The notes beneath the pieces were generated by a model. That model saw only the letters and a list, made by a program, of their open reading frames with translations, ran no database searches and was not told the origin of the DNA. From assembly GCA_945862165.1 (NCBI GenBank), contig CAMAXI010000008.1:34570-98569 (forward strand): a stretch of 64,000 nt of DNA, written 5' to 3'. The position numbers were made by a program, and so were the translations under genes. This document shows, piece by piece, positions 49,001 through 59,651 of this stretch; within the stretch, counting starts at the first letter, position 1; every line of letters starts with the position of its first letter. This DNA is from Chryseobacterium gleum (GTDB lineage: Bacteria > Bacteroidota > Bacteroidia > Flavobacteriales_D > Crocinitomicaceae).

Positions 49001-50122
49001 ATGAGTCAAAAAAGAGATTACTACGAAGTATTAGGAATTAGCAAAAGTGCTTCCGAAGCTGAAATAAAAAAAGCATATCGTAAACTTGCGCTACAACACC
49101 ATCCAGACAAAAATCCAGATGATGCAAAAGCGGAAGAAAAATTCAAAGAAGCTGCAGAAGCATATGAAATATTGAGCGACGCAAATAAAAAAGCGCGATA
49201 CGATCAATTTGGACACGCAGGAATGAACGGCGGAGGTGGCTTCGGTGGAGGCGGAATGAACATGGATGACATATTCAGTCAATTTGGCGATGTTTTCGGC
49301 GGGGGCTTTGGAGGAGGTTTCGGCGGTGGACGTGGAAGAAGTGGTGGACAGAGAACTATCAAGGGTAGCAATCTTCGTGTAAAAATGAAATTGACACTGG
49401 AAGAAATTGCGGAAGGTGTTAAGAAGAAAATAAAAGTTAACAAATTAGTTAACGCAGAAGGAGTAACTTCCAAAACTTGTACTACATGTAATGGTCAAGG
49501 TCGTGTTACACGTATGGCTCAAACATTTTTGGGCAACATGCAAACACAAACTACGTGTCCCACGTGTCAAGGTACTGGTAAAATGATTGATTACAAACCT
49601 GCAGATGCGGATGCTAATGGATTAAAACGACAAGAAGAAGTTATTGAAATAGATATACCTGCAGGAGTAGAAGAAGGAATGCAATTAAGCGTTACTGGAA
49701 AAGGAAATGCAGGCCCTTTTAATGGTATTCCTGGAGATTTAATTGTTGTAATTGAAGAAATTGCTCACGACACATTACGTCGAGAAGGGGATAACATTCA
49801 TTATGACGCATATATAAACTTTGCAGATGCAGTTTTAGGAGAAAGTATCGAAATACCAACTATTTCAGGGAAAGCTAAAATAAAAGTGGAACCGGGTACG
49901 CAAAGTGGTAAAATGTTGCGCTTAAAAGGAAAAGGTTTACCGCAACTTCAAGGATATGGAACTGGAGATTTATTTGTGCATATCAATATTTGGACACCTA
50001 CTAGAGTGAGCAAAGAAGAAAAAGAATTACTCGAGAAACTTCAAAATAGTGAGAATTTTCAACCTAAACTAGATGGCTCTGAAAAAGGTTTCTTTCAAAA
50101 AGTAAAAGACATGTTTCAATAA
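49001..50122 (+). CDS. dnaJ: Molecular chaperone DnaJ
   Basis: J domain with HPD. G/F-rich linker. Four CxxCxGxG zinc-finger repeats. C-terminal domains. Confidence 0.95.
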   Translation: MSQKRDYYEVLGISKSASEAEIKKAYRKLALQHHPDKNPDDAKAEEKFKEAAEAYEILSDANKKARYDQFGHAGMNGGGGFGGGGMNMDDIFSQFGDVFGGGFGGGFGGGRGRSGGQRTIKGSNLRVKMKLTLEEIAEGVKKKIKVNKLVNAEGVTSKTCTTCNGQGRVTRMAQTFLGNMQTQTTCPTCQGTGKMIDYKPADADANGLKRQEEVIEIDIPAGVEEGMQLSVTGKGNAGPFNGIPGDLIVVIEEIAHDTLRREGDNIHYDAYINFADAVLGESIEIPTISGKAKIKVEPGTQSGKMLRLKGKGLPQLQGYGTGDLFVHINIWTPTRVSKEEKELLEKLQNSENFQPKLDGSEKGFFQKVKDMFQ

Positions 50123-50132
50123 AAAATAATTT

Positions 50133-50157
50133 AAAGCCTCGAAAGAGGCTTTTTTTG
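50133..50157 (+). terminator. Rho-independent terminator after dnaJ
   Basis: AAAGCCTC-GAAA-GAGGCTTT hairpin followed by a T-run. Confidence 0.8.
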
Positions 50158-50234
50158 GCTTTATAAATCAGGTAATGAGTAATTGCGTGTTAAAAACTAC
50201 CTGAGATTTAAAGAAAAACTGCTTAAATCAACCC

Positions 50235-50242
50235 TAAATTTG
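50235..50242 (+). promoter_or_regulatory. Bacteroidetes-type -7 promoter box (TAAATTTG)
   Basis: Exact TAnnTTTG match 9 nt upstream of the ATG at 50251. That spacing is very short, so either the leader is minimal or the true start is downstream. Confidence 0.35.
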
Positions 50243-50250
50243 CTGTTACT

Positions 50251-51135
50251 ATGTTACAGCTAGGAGTTATCGGATATCACCAAGAAGAAATTTACCAATT
50301 ACGTAAATTACAAAATCATTTTCAAGTAAATAGAATCTATGACTTGAACTACCCTAAATTCGACTTGCCAGAAATAAAGTCCAGCAGTAAAGAGGTAATT
50401 GACAATTCAGACTGTATTTATTTCACTTCTATTCTTATTTATTTTGACGATGCTTGTTACGCAATTAAGAAGGGTAAACCGATTTTCATTAATAATTTAC
50501 TTTCATTAGACAGTACGCAAGTAAATACACTTTTTCAATTATCTACAGAAGCTGAATCTATCATTCAACTAAATTCACCTTTACGGTTTGAAAAAATAAC
50601 ACAAAGTATTTCAAATAATTTCAGAGCACCTAATCTAATCAATCTTCAACGTACATTTATCGATGAAGATCATACGAATGCTACCTTACAAGAAATTTTA
50701 TTTTATGAAATTGAAAATATTATTTCTTTAATAAAAGCAAAAGTACGAAAGACCTATTCGTTCTTGATACCAGAAGATGGCTTTGAGATTGAAACAATTG
50801 ATGCACGATTAGAATTCGATAATGGATGTGTAACTACATTACTTATTTCCTCCATTTATGATGCACCGAGACATACGTTTAAATTATTCAATAATAAATC
50901 ATTAACTTGCCTCGACTTTGAAGCGAATAAAATTCATTTAAAAAATGAATTCGAACAAGAAACATTAGAATTTGAAAAGCAATCTGCACAAACCAAACAA
51001 GAAGAAATTTTTAAAGCGCAATTAAATAATTTTCACGAATCAATCGTAAAAAACATATTACCTGCTGTATCCATTGAAGACGGTTTACAAGCCTTTTATA
51101 TTACTAAAGAAATAATTGCTAAACTTGTACATTAG
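50251..51135 (+). CDS. Hypothetical protein (faint Gfo/Idh/MocA-like N-terminus without an intact GxGxxG)
   Basis: 294-aa ORF. LGVIGYH resembles a degenerate Rossmann start. No firm family call. Confidence 0.4.
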   Translation: MLQLGVIGYHQEEIYQLRKLQNHFQVNRIYDLNYPKFDLPEIKSSSKEVIDNSDCIYFTSILIYFDDACYAIKKGKPIFINNLLSLDSTQVNTLFQLSTEAESIIQLNSPLRFEKITQSISNNFRAPNLINLQRTFIDEDHTNATLQEILFYEIENIISLIKAKVRKTYSFLIPEDGFEIETIDARLEFDNGCVTTLLISSIYDAPRHTFKLFNNKSLTCLDFEANKIHLKNEFEQETLEFEKQSAQTKQEEIFKAQLNNFHESIVKNILPAVSIEDGLQAFYITKEIIAKLVH

Positions 51136-51173
51136 TTAGGCAATAAATTTATTTTTTTACGTTTATATTAGTA

Positions 51174-52034
51174 ATGAAACTATACGTTCTCCTTTTTGTA
51201 AGTGTATTATATTTATTTACAAATTCTTGCGTTAAAAACAAAAATAATCCCTCGTGGATTTATATCGACACATGGACACTTAAAGCAAATCAAACAAATC
51301 TTGAAGGAGAATTAAGTCATAATATAACAGATGCTTATGTGTTAATCGACGATAAGGTAATTGGTTACTTTGAACTACCTATTAAACTCCCATTATTATT
51401 AAATGGTTCAAAAAAAATAACCCTATACCCTACGATACATAACAACGGTATATCATCCACAAAAAAAACGTATCCATTTCTGCAACCCTACATAATCACT
51501 GCAACACTTACAAATAACCAGACCTTAAAAATAACACCAACTACAAAGTATTATCCAAACACTAAATTTTGGATTGAAAACTTTGAAGATGCAGGTTTGA
51601 AAATAGAGACAGCATTAAATTTTCCGCCTATCTTAACTACAGCATCTGATCCTACAATTCTAAAATATGGTCAACGTTACGGATGGATTCATTTAACAAA
51701 AAGTGATTCCATTTGGATGGGTACTACTTCCAAAATGAGTTTACCACAATACGGAAGTGAGGTATATTTAGAAATTGACTATATGAATACTACCAATTTG
51801 TTAACTGGAGTAAACTCCTATGGAAACCTTGTCTTCAAAGCTAATCCCAATATTCAGTTGAATGCACAAAAAGATTCAGAAAAAAAATGGAAGAAAATTT
51901 ATATTGATTTGAAAGAAATAATCTCCTTTTCAACTAATTACAATCTTTTCGAACAATTTCTAAGGGCAGAATTAGATCCTGGAAAAGATTATTCTGATAT
52001 TTATATTGACAATATTAAACTTGTATATTTCTAA
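51174..52034 (+). CDS. Hypothetical lipoprotein
   Basis: Signal peptide with lipobox LFTNSC. 286 aa. No family recognised. Confidence 0.5.
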   Translation: MKLYVLLFVSVLYLFTNSCVKNKNNPSWIYIDTWTLKANQTNLEGELSHNITDAYVLIDDKVIGYFELPIKLPLLLNGSKKITLYPTIHNNGISSTKKTYPFLQPYIITATLTNNQTLKITPTTKYYPNTKFWIENFEDAGLKIETALNFPPILTTASDPTILKYGQRYGWIHLTKSDSIWMGTTSKMSLPQYGSEVYLEIDYMNTTNLLTGVNSYGNLVFKANPNIQLNAQKDSEKKWKKIYIDLKEIISFSTNYNLFEQFLRAELDPGKDYSDIYIDNIKLVYF

Positions 52035-52035
52035 G

Positions 52036-53430
52036 ATGCATATACACAAAAAATCATATAACCTACTAGTTATCGACTATATAACTGCAGTAATAGCTTG
52101 GGTTTTATTTTTTTATTTTAGAAAAACACATATCGAATTTAGCTCCTTTATCAGGGACAAACAATTCTATCTTGGCATTATATGCATTCCTTTTTTTTGG
52201 ATATTACTTTACTCCCTTCAAGGTACTTATAGTCAAGTAAAACGATTATATCGAATACAAATTATTCAACTCACTATCTTTGGAACAACGATAGGTGTAT
52301 TAACTTTATTCTTTTTATTATTACTTGATGATGTAATACCAAGTCATCAATCGTATTATAAATCTTTGCTTGCATTATTTTTAATTCATTTCGGTATTAC
52401 ACTTATTCCCAGGTTTTTATTTATTTCACGTCAAGTAAAAAAAATTCAAGAACGTAAAGATGGATTCAACACAATTTTAATTGGAGGTAACGAAAAAGCG
52501 CTCCAAATTTTCAATGAATTAGAACAATTAGAAAACAGCATTGGTGCAAAATTCATCGGTTATATTCGAATTAAAGATACCGATACACGTTTAGATAACA
52601 AATTACATTGCCTTGGCAAACTAGATAATTTACCCCAAATTTTGGAAAAAAATGCCATTGAAGAAGTAATTATTGCCATAGAAAGTAATGAACATGAAAT
52701 CTTGAGTAAACTTATTGCTTCCATTCAGGGTAAAGGAGTTAGAATCAAAATAATTCCAGATATGTACGATTTTCTATCTGGTTCATTAAAATTAAATAAT
52801 CTCTTTGGTGCATTACTATTAGAAATTCCATCTGACGAAATGCCTCCTTGGCAAAATAGTATGAAACGTTTACTTGATATTAGTATTTCCTTATTATCTA
52901 TCTTACTACTTATTCCTTTTTATGTGCTTATTGCGATTTTAATTAAACAAAATTCAAAAGGTCCTATCTTCTTTTTACAAGAACGTGTGGGTAAGAATGG
53001 AACTCCTTTTAAAATTATAAAATTTCGAACCATGTTTGTTAATGCAGAAAGTAATGGTCCACAACTTTCAAGCACAAACGATTCCCGTATCACGCCCATT
53101 GGAAAATTCTTACGAAAAACACGTATTGATGAATTCCCGCAATTTATGAATGTATTAAAAGGAGATATGTCTCTGGTTGGACCTAGACCTGAACGTCAAT
53201 TTTACATTAATCAAATCGTTGAAAAAGAACCTCATTATTTACAATTAACTTCCGTTAGACCTGGAATTACCTCTTGGGGTCAAGTTAAATTTGGCTATGC
53301 GGAAAATGTAAATGAAATGATACGAAGAATGAAATATGATTTATTATATCTAAAAAACAGGTCACTTTCCCTAGATTTTAAAATTATGTTTTACACATTA
53401 ATCACTATCCTTAAAGCTAAAGGAAAATAA
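52036..53430 (+). CDS. Polyprenyl-phosphate sugar phosphotransferase (WbaP/WcaJ-like bacterial sugar transferase)
   Basis: N-terminal TM block. C-terminal KGPIFFLQERVGKNG.PF...KFRTM...DE.PQ..NVLKGDMSLVGPRP motif. The ATG at 52036 directly follows the upstream stop, and the track start at 52006 is a TTG. Confidence 0.85.
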   Translation: MHIHKKSYNLLVIDYITAVIAWVLFFYFRKTHIEFSSFIRDKQFYLGIICIPFFWILLYSLQGTYSQVKRLYRIQIIQLTIFGTTIGVLTLFFLLLLDDVIPSHQSYYKSLLALFLIHFGITLIPRFLFISRQVKKIQERKDGFNTILIGGNEKALQIFNELEQLENSIGAKFIGYIRIKDTDTRLDNKLHCLGKLDNLPQILEKNAIEEVIIAIESNEHEILSKLIASIQGKGVRIKIIPDMYDFLSGSLKLNNLFGALLLEIPSDEMPPWQNSMKRLLDISISLLSILLLIPFYVLIAILIKQNSKGPIFFLQERVGKNGTPFKIIKFRTMFVNAESNGPQLSSTNDSRITPIGKFLRKTRIDEFPQFMNVLKGDMSLVGPRPERQFYINQIVEKEPHYLQLTSVRPGITSWGQVKFGYAENVNEMIRRMKYDLLYLKNRSLSLDFKIMFYTLITILKAKGK

Positions 53431-53673
53431 TCATTTTTTTCTAGGTGGAACAGGATCATGCCCACTTCCTCCCCATGGATGACAACTTGCAATTCTTTTT
53501 ATGCCTAAATAGGTCCCTTTAAAAACTCCCCAAGTCAATAAAGCTTCTTTGAAATAAGCGGAGCAAGTAGGATGGTATCTACAAGAAGGTGGAAAAATAG
53601 GGCTAATTACATATTGATAAAACATAATTAAACCTAAAAAAGGATAGGATAAAAAAACTAAAATTTTACGCAC
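53431..53673 (-). CDS. yidD: Membrane protein insertion efficiency factor YidD
   Basis: 80 aa. YQ..ISP....CR..PTCS.Y...A........G..L...RI.RCHP motif. Confidence 0.85.
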   Translation of the reverse strand: MRKILVFLSYPFLGLIMFYQYVISPIFPPSCRYHPTCSAYFKEALLTWGVFKGTYLGIKRIASCHPWGGSGHDPVPPRKK

Positions 53674-53748
53674 ACAATTGTTTTTTATAATTCTAAACTA
53701 CGGATATTTTTCTAATATCTTTTGATATTGTAACTTTACAAGAAAAAA

Positions 53749-54666
53749 GTGCGATTTACACTATTATTCTCATTGCTATTATCTTTTATTACGCTTGGAC
53801 AAGCTACGCATCAAAATAATGAATATGAACTCCTTGAAATAAAAAACGCTGTCCCTTTACAATTAATTATACATCCTAAAATTATATACAAAGATAATTG
53901 GCATATACTACCACAAACTATTTTTTGGAAACAAATCATCACCCTTTCTCCTGACTCATGCCTTATCAATGTTGCTTGTAACCGTAAAATATTACATAAA
54001 GTAGGTTACCATGAATGGATGAAAAAAACAGAGCCGCAAAAAGAATTTTTCAAAGACAGTCTAAAATTAGTTCATGCGCTTGCAGAAGCAGAAAAAATTA
54101 ATGTTACATCCGGAAAAAATGATTTTTACAAAATAAAAGAAGTTTCTCCAAATATTACCAAAGGGATACAACTCTTTCAGCAATTCGGTGTAGACCCATG
54201 GTATGCGCAAGCAATTTTACTCATCGAAAGTCCTGCCCAATTAAAAAAGTCTATTTCTGGCGCATATGGGGCATTCCAATTAATGCCTGGTGTGGCACGT
54301 AATTATGGATTAACAGTAAATAATTCTGTGGACGAGCGAGAAAGTTTTGAACGTTCCGCATTTGGAGCAGCGCAACTAATTTCCAGGTCATGTATACCTT
54401 CTGTCAAAAGTATATTACAGGCACATAACATTGCCTATAAGGAAACAGATTTATGGTTTAGATTATTGGTGATGCATGTTTACCATGCTGGTGCAACCAA
54501 TGTACGCGCTGTAATTAATAAGATTCAACCAACCCAAGGTGGACAAGAATTAATCAAACAAATTTGGTCAACCACAGCTGGTTCCTTTGGGAATTCCTCC
54601 CAAAATTATACGCAAGTTGCATTGGCAACGCAGTTATTATTACATGAAATAAGTACTGCGCATTAA
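53749..54666 (+). CDS. Lytic transglycosylase (SLT) domain protein
   Basis: GTG start with signal peptide. LLIESP...GAYGAFQLMPGVARNYGL matches the SLT catalytic region. Confidence 0.7.
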   Translation: MRFTLLFSLLLSFITLGQATHQNNEYELLEIKNAVPLQLIIHPKIIYKDNWHILPQTIFWKQIITLSPDSCLINVACNRKILHKVGYHEWMKKTEPQKEFFKDSLKLVHALAEAEKINVTSGKNDFYKIKEVSPNITKGIQLFQQFGVDPWYAQAILLIESPAQLKKSISGAYGAFQLMPGVARNYGLTVNNSVDERESFERSAFGAAQLISRSCIPSVKSILQAHNIAYKETDLWFRLLVMHVYHAGATNVRAVINKIQPTQGGQELIKQIWSTTAGSFGNSSQNYTQVALATQLLLHEISTAH

Positions 54667-56714
54667 TAGCCCAATATAAATTCAATCGAGTCTTTTACTT
54701 TCACTGCATTAGTCAATAAAGCTGCTTCCAATATTGAGTTCAAGGGTATTGCTGGTGTATCCACAGAACCTACAATTTGAACAGGCGCATCCAAATACTT
54801 GAAATTATCGCGTTGTATTCTTCCTGCAAGTCCTAAAGAAAATGATGCTTCTATGGATTCTTCAGTAACTACGATTACTTTTCCATGTTTTTTTGTCACC
54901 GCATTAATCGTATCAAAATCAACTGGATTCAAGGTACGTAAATCAATAATTTCTACTTGTCCTTCAAAGTGTTTCTCCGCCTCTAAAGACCAATAAACCC
55001 CTCTTCCGTAGGTAATTATCGCGCAAGACTCTCCTGATTCCACAAATACAGAATTAGCCTCTTTCACTACCCTAGCCTTTCCAAAAGGAATAACATACTC
55101 ATCATCTGGCTCAATAGACATCGCTCCTTCCGTACCAGGAATTTTCGACCAATACAAGCCTTTGTGTTCTAAAATCACTACTGGATTTGGATCATAAAAT
55201 GCCGATTTCATCAATCCTTTTAAATCCGCTCCCGTAGATGGATATGCTACTTTAATTCCGCGGATATTTGTCAAAATAGATTCCACACTCGAAGAATGGT
55301 ATGGTCCTCCAGAACCATAGGCTCCAATTGGAACACGTATGATACAACTTACCGGCCATTTACCATTGGATAAATAATACGAGCGACTTACTTCTGTAAA
55401 TAACTGATTCAATCCTGGCCAAATATAATCTGCGAATTGTACCTCTACAATTGGTTTTAAACCAACAGCTGACATACCAACAGTACTACCAATAATAAAT
55501 GCTTCTTGAATCGGTGTATTGAATACACGGTCATCCCCGAATGTTTGCGCTAAGGTTGCTGCTTCTCTAAAAACACCTCCTAAACGTCCACCTACATCTT
55601 GACCATACAACAATGCTTCTGGATGTTTAGACATGATTTCACGTACAGCAAACAAAGCACTATCCACCATTACCGTTTTTTTCTTTCCTTGCGGTTCACG
55701 TTGCCCCTTTTCCTCCGTAATTGGACTTGGGGCAAAAATGAAATCTTGGATAGATTCAGGTAATGGATCTTGCGCATTTAATGCTTTATCATAGGATTCA
55801 TCTACGTATTTTTTTACTTCTTGTTCAATTACAGAAACATGAGTATCTGTCGCTCCATTATGAAGAAAAGTATGTTTTAATTTTGGATAAGGATCCCGAG
55901 TAGCCGCTTCCTCCAAATCATCTCTGTACCATTCTTTACGAACTCCTGACGTGTGATGTCCTAACAATGGAACTTTTGCATGTACTATGAATGGTCTTCT
56001 CTCGCGACGCATAATATCAAAAACCTCTTGAATAGTTGCGTAAGACTCTTCAAAATTACTTCCATCAATCGTTCTCACTTCAATTCCGTGAAATCCTTTG
56101 GCGTAACCTGTAATATCTTGCGCTCTAGTTTCTTTGGCATTCGCTGAAATATCCCAACCATTATCTTGCACTAAATACAAAATTGGGAATTGTTTCAAAG
56201 CAGCCATTTGAAAAGCCTCCGCTACCTCCCCTTCTGTACAAGAAGCATCACCTAACGAACAAACAACTACTGGATTTTTTCCACCAAAGTCTTCCGCTAA
56301 ACCTTGTTTTTCTTTATATTGAATTCCCATTGCAATTCCTGTAGTTGGAATTGCTTGCATACCAGTCGCTGAAGATTGATGGGGAATTTTAGGCATAGTA
56401 TCTCTTTTCAAAGAAGGATGCGAATAATAGGTTCTACCTCCTGAAAATGGATCGTCTTTTTTAGCAAAAACTTGCAACATTAATTCATAGGGTGTCATTC
56501 CAATACCCAATAAAATACTGTCATCTCTATAATAAGGTGAAACCCAGTCTTGTGGTAATAATTGAAGTCCAACCGCTAACTGAATCGCTTCATGTCCGCG
56601 AGATGTAGCATGTACATATTTGGATGTAACCTCTTTATTTTCCTCGTATTTTTCTGCTAAGGTTTTAGCAGTACACATCAGTCTGAATGCTTTTTCTAAA
56701 ATTTGAAGTTCCAT
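54663..56714 (-). CDS. Fused alpha/beta E1 component of a 2-oxoacid (branched-chain type) dehydrogenase
   Basis: N-terminal TPP-binding alpha region (GDASCTEGE, NGWDIS) and C-terminal transketolase-like beta region. 683 aa. Confidence 0.85.
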   Translation of the reverse strand: MELQILEKAFRLMCTAKTLAEKYEENKEVTSKYVHATSRGHEAIQLAVGLQLLPQDWVSPYYRDDSILLGIGMTPYELMLQVFAKKDDPFSGGRTYYSHPSLKRDTMPKIPHQSSATGMQAIPTTGIAMGIQYKEKQGLAEDFGGKNPVVVCSLGDASCTEGEVAEAFQMAALKQFPILYLVQDNGWDISANAKETRAQDITGYAKGFHGIEVRTIDGSNFEESYATIQEVFDIMRRERRPFIVHAKVPLLGHHTSGVRKEWYRDDLEEAATRDPYPKLKHTFLHNGATDTHVSVIEQEVKKYVDESYDKALNAQDPLPESIQDFIFAPSPITEEKGQREPQGKKKTVMVDSALFAVREIMSKHPEALLYGQDVGGRLGGVFREAATLAQTFGDDRVFNTPIQEAFIIGSTVGMSAVGLKPIVEVQFADYIWPGLNQLFTEVSRSYYLSNGKWPVSCIIRVPIGAYGSGGPYHSSSVESILTNIRGIKVAYPSTGADLKGLMKSAFYDPNPVVILEHKGLYWSKIPGTEGAMSIEPDDEYVIPFGKARVVKEANSVFVESGESCAIITYGRGVYWSLEAEKHFEGQVEIIDLRTLNPVDFDTINAVTKKHGKVIVVTEESIEASFSLGLAGRIQRDNFKYLDAPVQIVGSVDTPAIPLNSILEAALLTNAVKVKDSIEFILGY

Positions 56715-56737
56715 ATTTTTGAATACTTTAAATCAGT

Positions 56738-58864
56738 TTAGTTGTTGTTTTTAAGAATGTAGGTCAAGATTTTCTCTATCAAATGAACACGATCTTTTCC
56801 CATTACATTGTGAGGGTGCATTGGATATGGAAAGAAGTCCATTTGTATACCGTCTTCCACAAACTGCTTGATTAATGAATAATTATGTTGCATTACAACA
56901 ACATCATCGACAGTCCCATGAATCAATAATAAATTTCCTTTAAGATTTTTAGTATAGTTCATCAAACAAGCATTTTTATACCCTTCCACATTCTCTTCTG
57001 GTAGATCCATGTATCTTTCTCCATACATAATTTCATAAAACTTCCAATCTGTAACAGGTCCTCCTGCTACTCCTACTTTAAAAGTACCTGGTTTACGTAA
57101 CATCAAAGAGGTTGTCATAAATCCTCCAAAACTCCATCCATGAACTGCTAGTCTAGTAGAGTCCACAAATGGTAAAGATTTCAAATAATTCACTCCTTGT
57201 AATTGATCTTCCATCTCGATAGTACCCAATTGACGATGAATCCCACTTTCGAAAGCAAAACCGCGATTACCAGAACCACGATTATCTAAGGTAAATACTA
57301 AATATCCTTTTTCAGCCATCCAATGCATCCATAAATTAGAACCATCTAACCATTCATTCTGAATCATTTGCGCATGTGGGCCTCCATATACATATACCAT
57401 CACAGGGTATTTTTTTATTGGATCAAAATTGCTTGGTTTAATTAATCGTGTATACAATTTTGTGCCATCTAATGCTTGAATACTACTTATTTCTGTAACC
57501 CCAATTTTATAATCCGCTAGTTTATCGGAGGCAACCAATAATTCTTTCACAATATCGCCTTTCGCATTTAACAATAAAGATTTAGAAGGAACTGAGTGAC
57601 TTGAATATTCATCCATAAAATAATTTCCATCTAGACCAATTTGTAAGGTATGCGTACCCGAAGACTTAGTTATTAATCGTTGTTTTCCTTTCAAATTCAC
57701 CGCAAAATAGTTCATATCCAAAGGACTTTCCCCGGTAGCCATAAAAACAACTTCTGTCCCTTTATTTATGGTACCTACAATATTCTTAGTGACAAATTTA
57801 TTATAAGTCAATTGCTGTTTTAATTTTCCATTCCAATCGTAATAGTAAAGATTATTAAATCCGTCTCTTTGCGAAATCCAAATGAAATTATTAGATGTTT
57901 TGGATGGGAAAAATACTGGATTTTCTGGCTCCACCCATTTTTCATTTTTCTCATCAAATAAAGAACGTACAAATTCACCAGTAACAGCATCATAGACGTT
58001 TACCCAAAAATGATTTTGACCTCGATTTAATTCAACAATAACTACCTGCTTTTCATCTGGTGTCCATGCTAAATTGGTTAAATAATCGTCTGATTTACCC
58101 TTAGGAGTAATGAAAACCGTTTTTTTAGTTCTCAAATCATAAATACCAACTTTAGGTTTCTCTGATTTTTGTCCTGCCATCGGATATTTAATAGAAATCA
58201 ATTCTCCTGGCGTAGATTCAATATCTAAAAGGGGGTAATTATGTACTTCCGATTCATCTTTCTGATAAAAAGCAATTAAATTCGCATTTGGCGACCAAAA
58301 AGTACCTTTTGAAATTCCAAACTCATTACGAGCAAAAAATTTACCTGAAACAACGTTCTTATCTGAATTTGAAGTAACCGGGATTAACGCACCATTTTTT
58401 TGAATAAACAAATTATTTTGTTGTGTAAACGCAACGACATCATTTTCGGATAAATAATCTACATTCTCTACATTTTCAGGAAGTTCAATAGTTTTTTTAC
58501 CAGTTTTAGTAATAATATTAAATTCATAATATTTACTTCCTGTATGCAACGAGATATTTTGTTCATTTTTCCAAGAATATCCGAAGAAATTTCTGAAATC
58601 CGTACCCAAAACGGCATTAATTTCAGTAATTGAAATCTTAAGTAATACAGAAGTGTCTTTTACTGTATTTACATAAAGAACGGTATATTTATCTTTCAAA
58701 AAACTATATTTCGCAGTGTTTGGAACCCAAGAGAATCCCTGCATTTTATCCGCCCCCAAAGCTCTATATTGTTGGAGTACAGATTCAGATAAAGTCAGCT
58801 CTTTTTTTTGTGCGAAAGAGAATGAAAAAAGTGAAAATGAAAATAAAAACAAAATAATTCTCAT
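56738..58864 (-). CDS. S9B family dipeptidyl peptidase IV
   Basis: Signal peptide. DPPIV N-terminal propeller length. GWSFGG nucleophile motif and a C-terminal D...H catalytic region. Confidence 0.85.
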   Translation of the reverse strand: MRIILFLFSFSLFSFSFAQKKELTLSESVLQQYRALGADKMQGFSWVPNTAKYSFLKDKYTVLYVNTVKDTSVLLKISITEINAVLGTDFRNFFGYSWKNEQNISLHTGSKYYEFNIITKTGKKTIELPENVENVDYLSENDVVAFTQQNNLFIQKNGALIPVTSNSDKNVVSGKFFARNEFGISKGTFWSPNANLIAFYQKDESEVHNYPLLDIESTPGELISIKYPMAGQKSEKPKVGIYDLRTKKTVFITPKGKSDDYLTNLAWTPDEKQVVIVELNRGQNHFWVNVYDAVTGEFVRSLFDEKNEKWVEPENPVFFPSKTSNNFIWISQRDGFNNLYYYDWNGKLKQQLTYNKFVTKNIVGTINKGTEVVFMATGESPLDMNYFAVNLKGKQRLITKSSGTHTLQIGLDGNYFMDEYSSHSVPSKSLLLNAKGDIVKELLVASDKLADYKIGVTEISSIQALDGTKLYTRLIKPSNFDPIKKYPVMVYVYGGPHAQMIQNEWLDGSNLWMHWMAEKGYLVFTLDNRGSGNRGFAFESGIHRQLGTIEMEDQLQGVNYLKSLPFVDSTRLAVHGWSFGGFMTTSLMLRKPGTFKVGVAGGPVTDWKFYEIMYGERYMDLPEENVEGYKNACLMNYTKNLKGNLLLIHGTVDDVVVMQHNYSLIKQFVEDGIQMDFFPYPMHPHNVMGKDRVHLIEKILTYILKNNN

Positions 58865-59015
58865 ACGTAGTTTAAATTATAATTAAAAATTCTTTTTTGT
58901 AAAATTAAGATTGTTTAATCAAAAAAGTGAATATCTAACAAATATTTAGCGTTCAGTAACACATATTTCGTTATTCATGCGTTACATAAATTGTATTTAT
59001 TATACGCATAAATTG

Positions 59016-59023
59016 TATATTTG
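59016..59023 (+). promoter_or_regulatory. Bacteroidetes-type -7 promoter box (TATATTTG)
   Basis: Exact TAnnTTTG match 29 nt upstream of the ATG at 59052. It lies within the longer track ORF. Confidence 0.45.
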
Positions 59024-59051
59024 CGATGTCAAATCTAGAAATATAAGTAAC

Positions 59052-59645
59052 ATGAAGTTTAAGCATATAATTTATTATTTATTTATCAGTTGTTTAACCT
59101 TTACCGCATGTACAGATTCGGATGAAAAGAAGGAGAATGAAGGAATAGATGAAGCTTTATTAGATTTCAATAAATTTTCTTTAAAGTCTTTTGACATTCC
59201 TGCAACTATATTATTACCAGATGAAACATCCAATATTGGAGCTTCAACAAAGGTAGAAGTCACACACACAGAAGGGGATTTCTTGTGGGATTTAAAAGTA
59301 GGTCCAAATTTCGAATTAGTAATAAACGACTGGGGTAACGATAAAGAAATATTAAATGCAGAAGTTAAAAAACTAAAAAATTTAGACTTTTACAATGTAA
59401 AGTTCCTAAAAAAAACAGCTTCAACCTTACTTTATGAACGTACATTAAATGTAGATGGCAAAAAAAACGCATCAAAAAATGTTGGAATCGAGCATAAATC
59501 GTATCACTTATTTATGACCAAAACAATCCAAAATATCATCTATACTTTTGAAACAAACGATGGTGGTTCAACAAAAGAAATTGTAGAATTACAAGAAAAA
59601 TGCATAAACTCCATACACGAAATTAACAATTCTAAAAATTCCTAG
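59052..59645 (+). CDS. Hypothetical lipoprotein
   Basis: MKFKHIIYYLFISCLTFTAC signal peptide and lipobox begin at 59052. No family recognised. Confidence 0.5.
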   Translation: MKFKHIIYYLFISCLTFTACTDSDEKKENEGIDEALLDFNKFSLKSFDIPATILLPDETSNIGASTKVEVTHTEGDFLWDLKVGPNFELVINDWGNDKEILNAEVKKLKNLDFYNVKFLKKTASTLLYERTLNVDGKKNASKNVGIEHKSYHLFMTKTIQNIIYTFETNDGGSTKEIVELQEKCINSIHEINNSKNS

Positions 59646-59651
59646 TTTCTT

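Noticed and set aside
49228-49345. GGC/GGT-rich repetitive stretch that could be taken for a tandem repeat element.
   Set aside because: It encodes the normal G/F-rich linker of DnaJ (GGGGFGGGG...). The antisense [14 protein letters not shown] is its shadow.
54663-54666. Convergent genes share overlapping stop codons: TTAA at 54663-54666 for SLT versus the E1 dehydrogenase. The sugar transferase and yidD stops also abut at 53428-53433.
   Set aside because: This is compact genome packing and it lacks any additional structure. It is noted only because no terminator can exist between these pairs.
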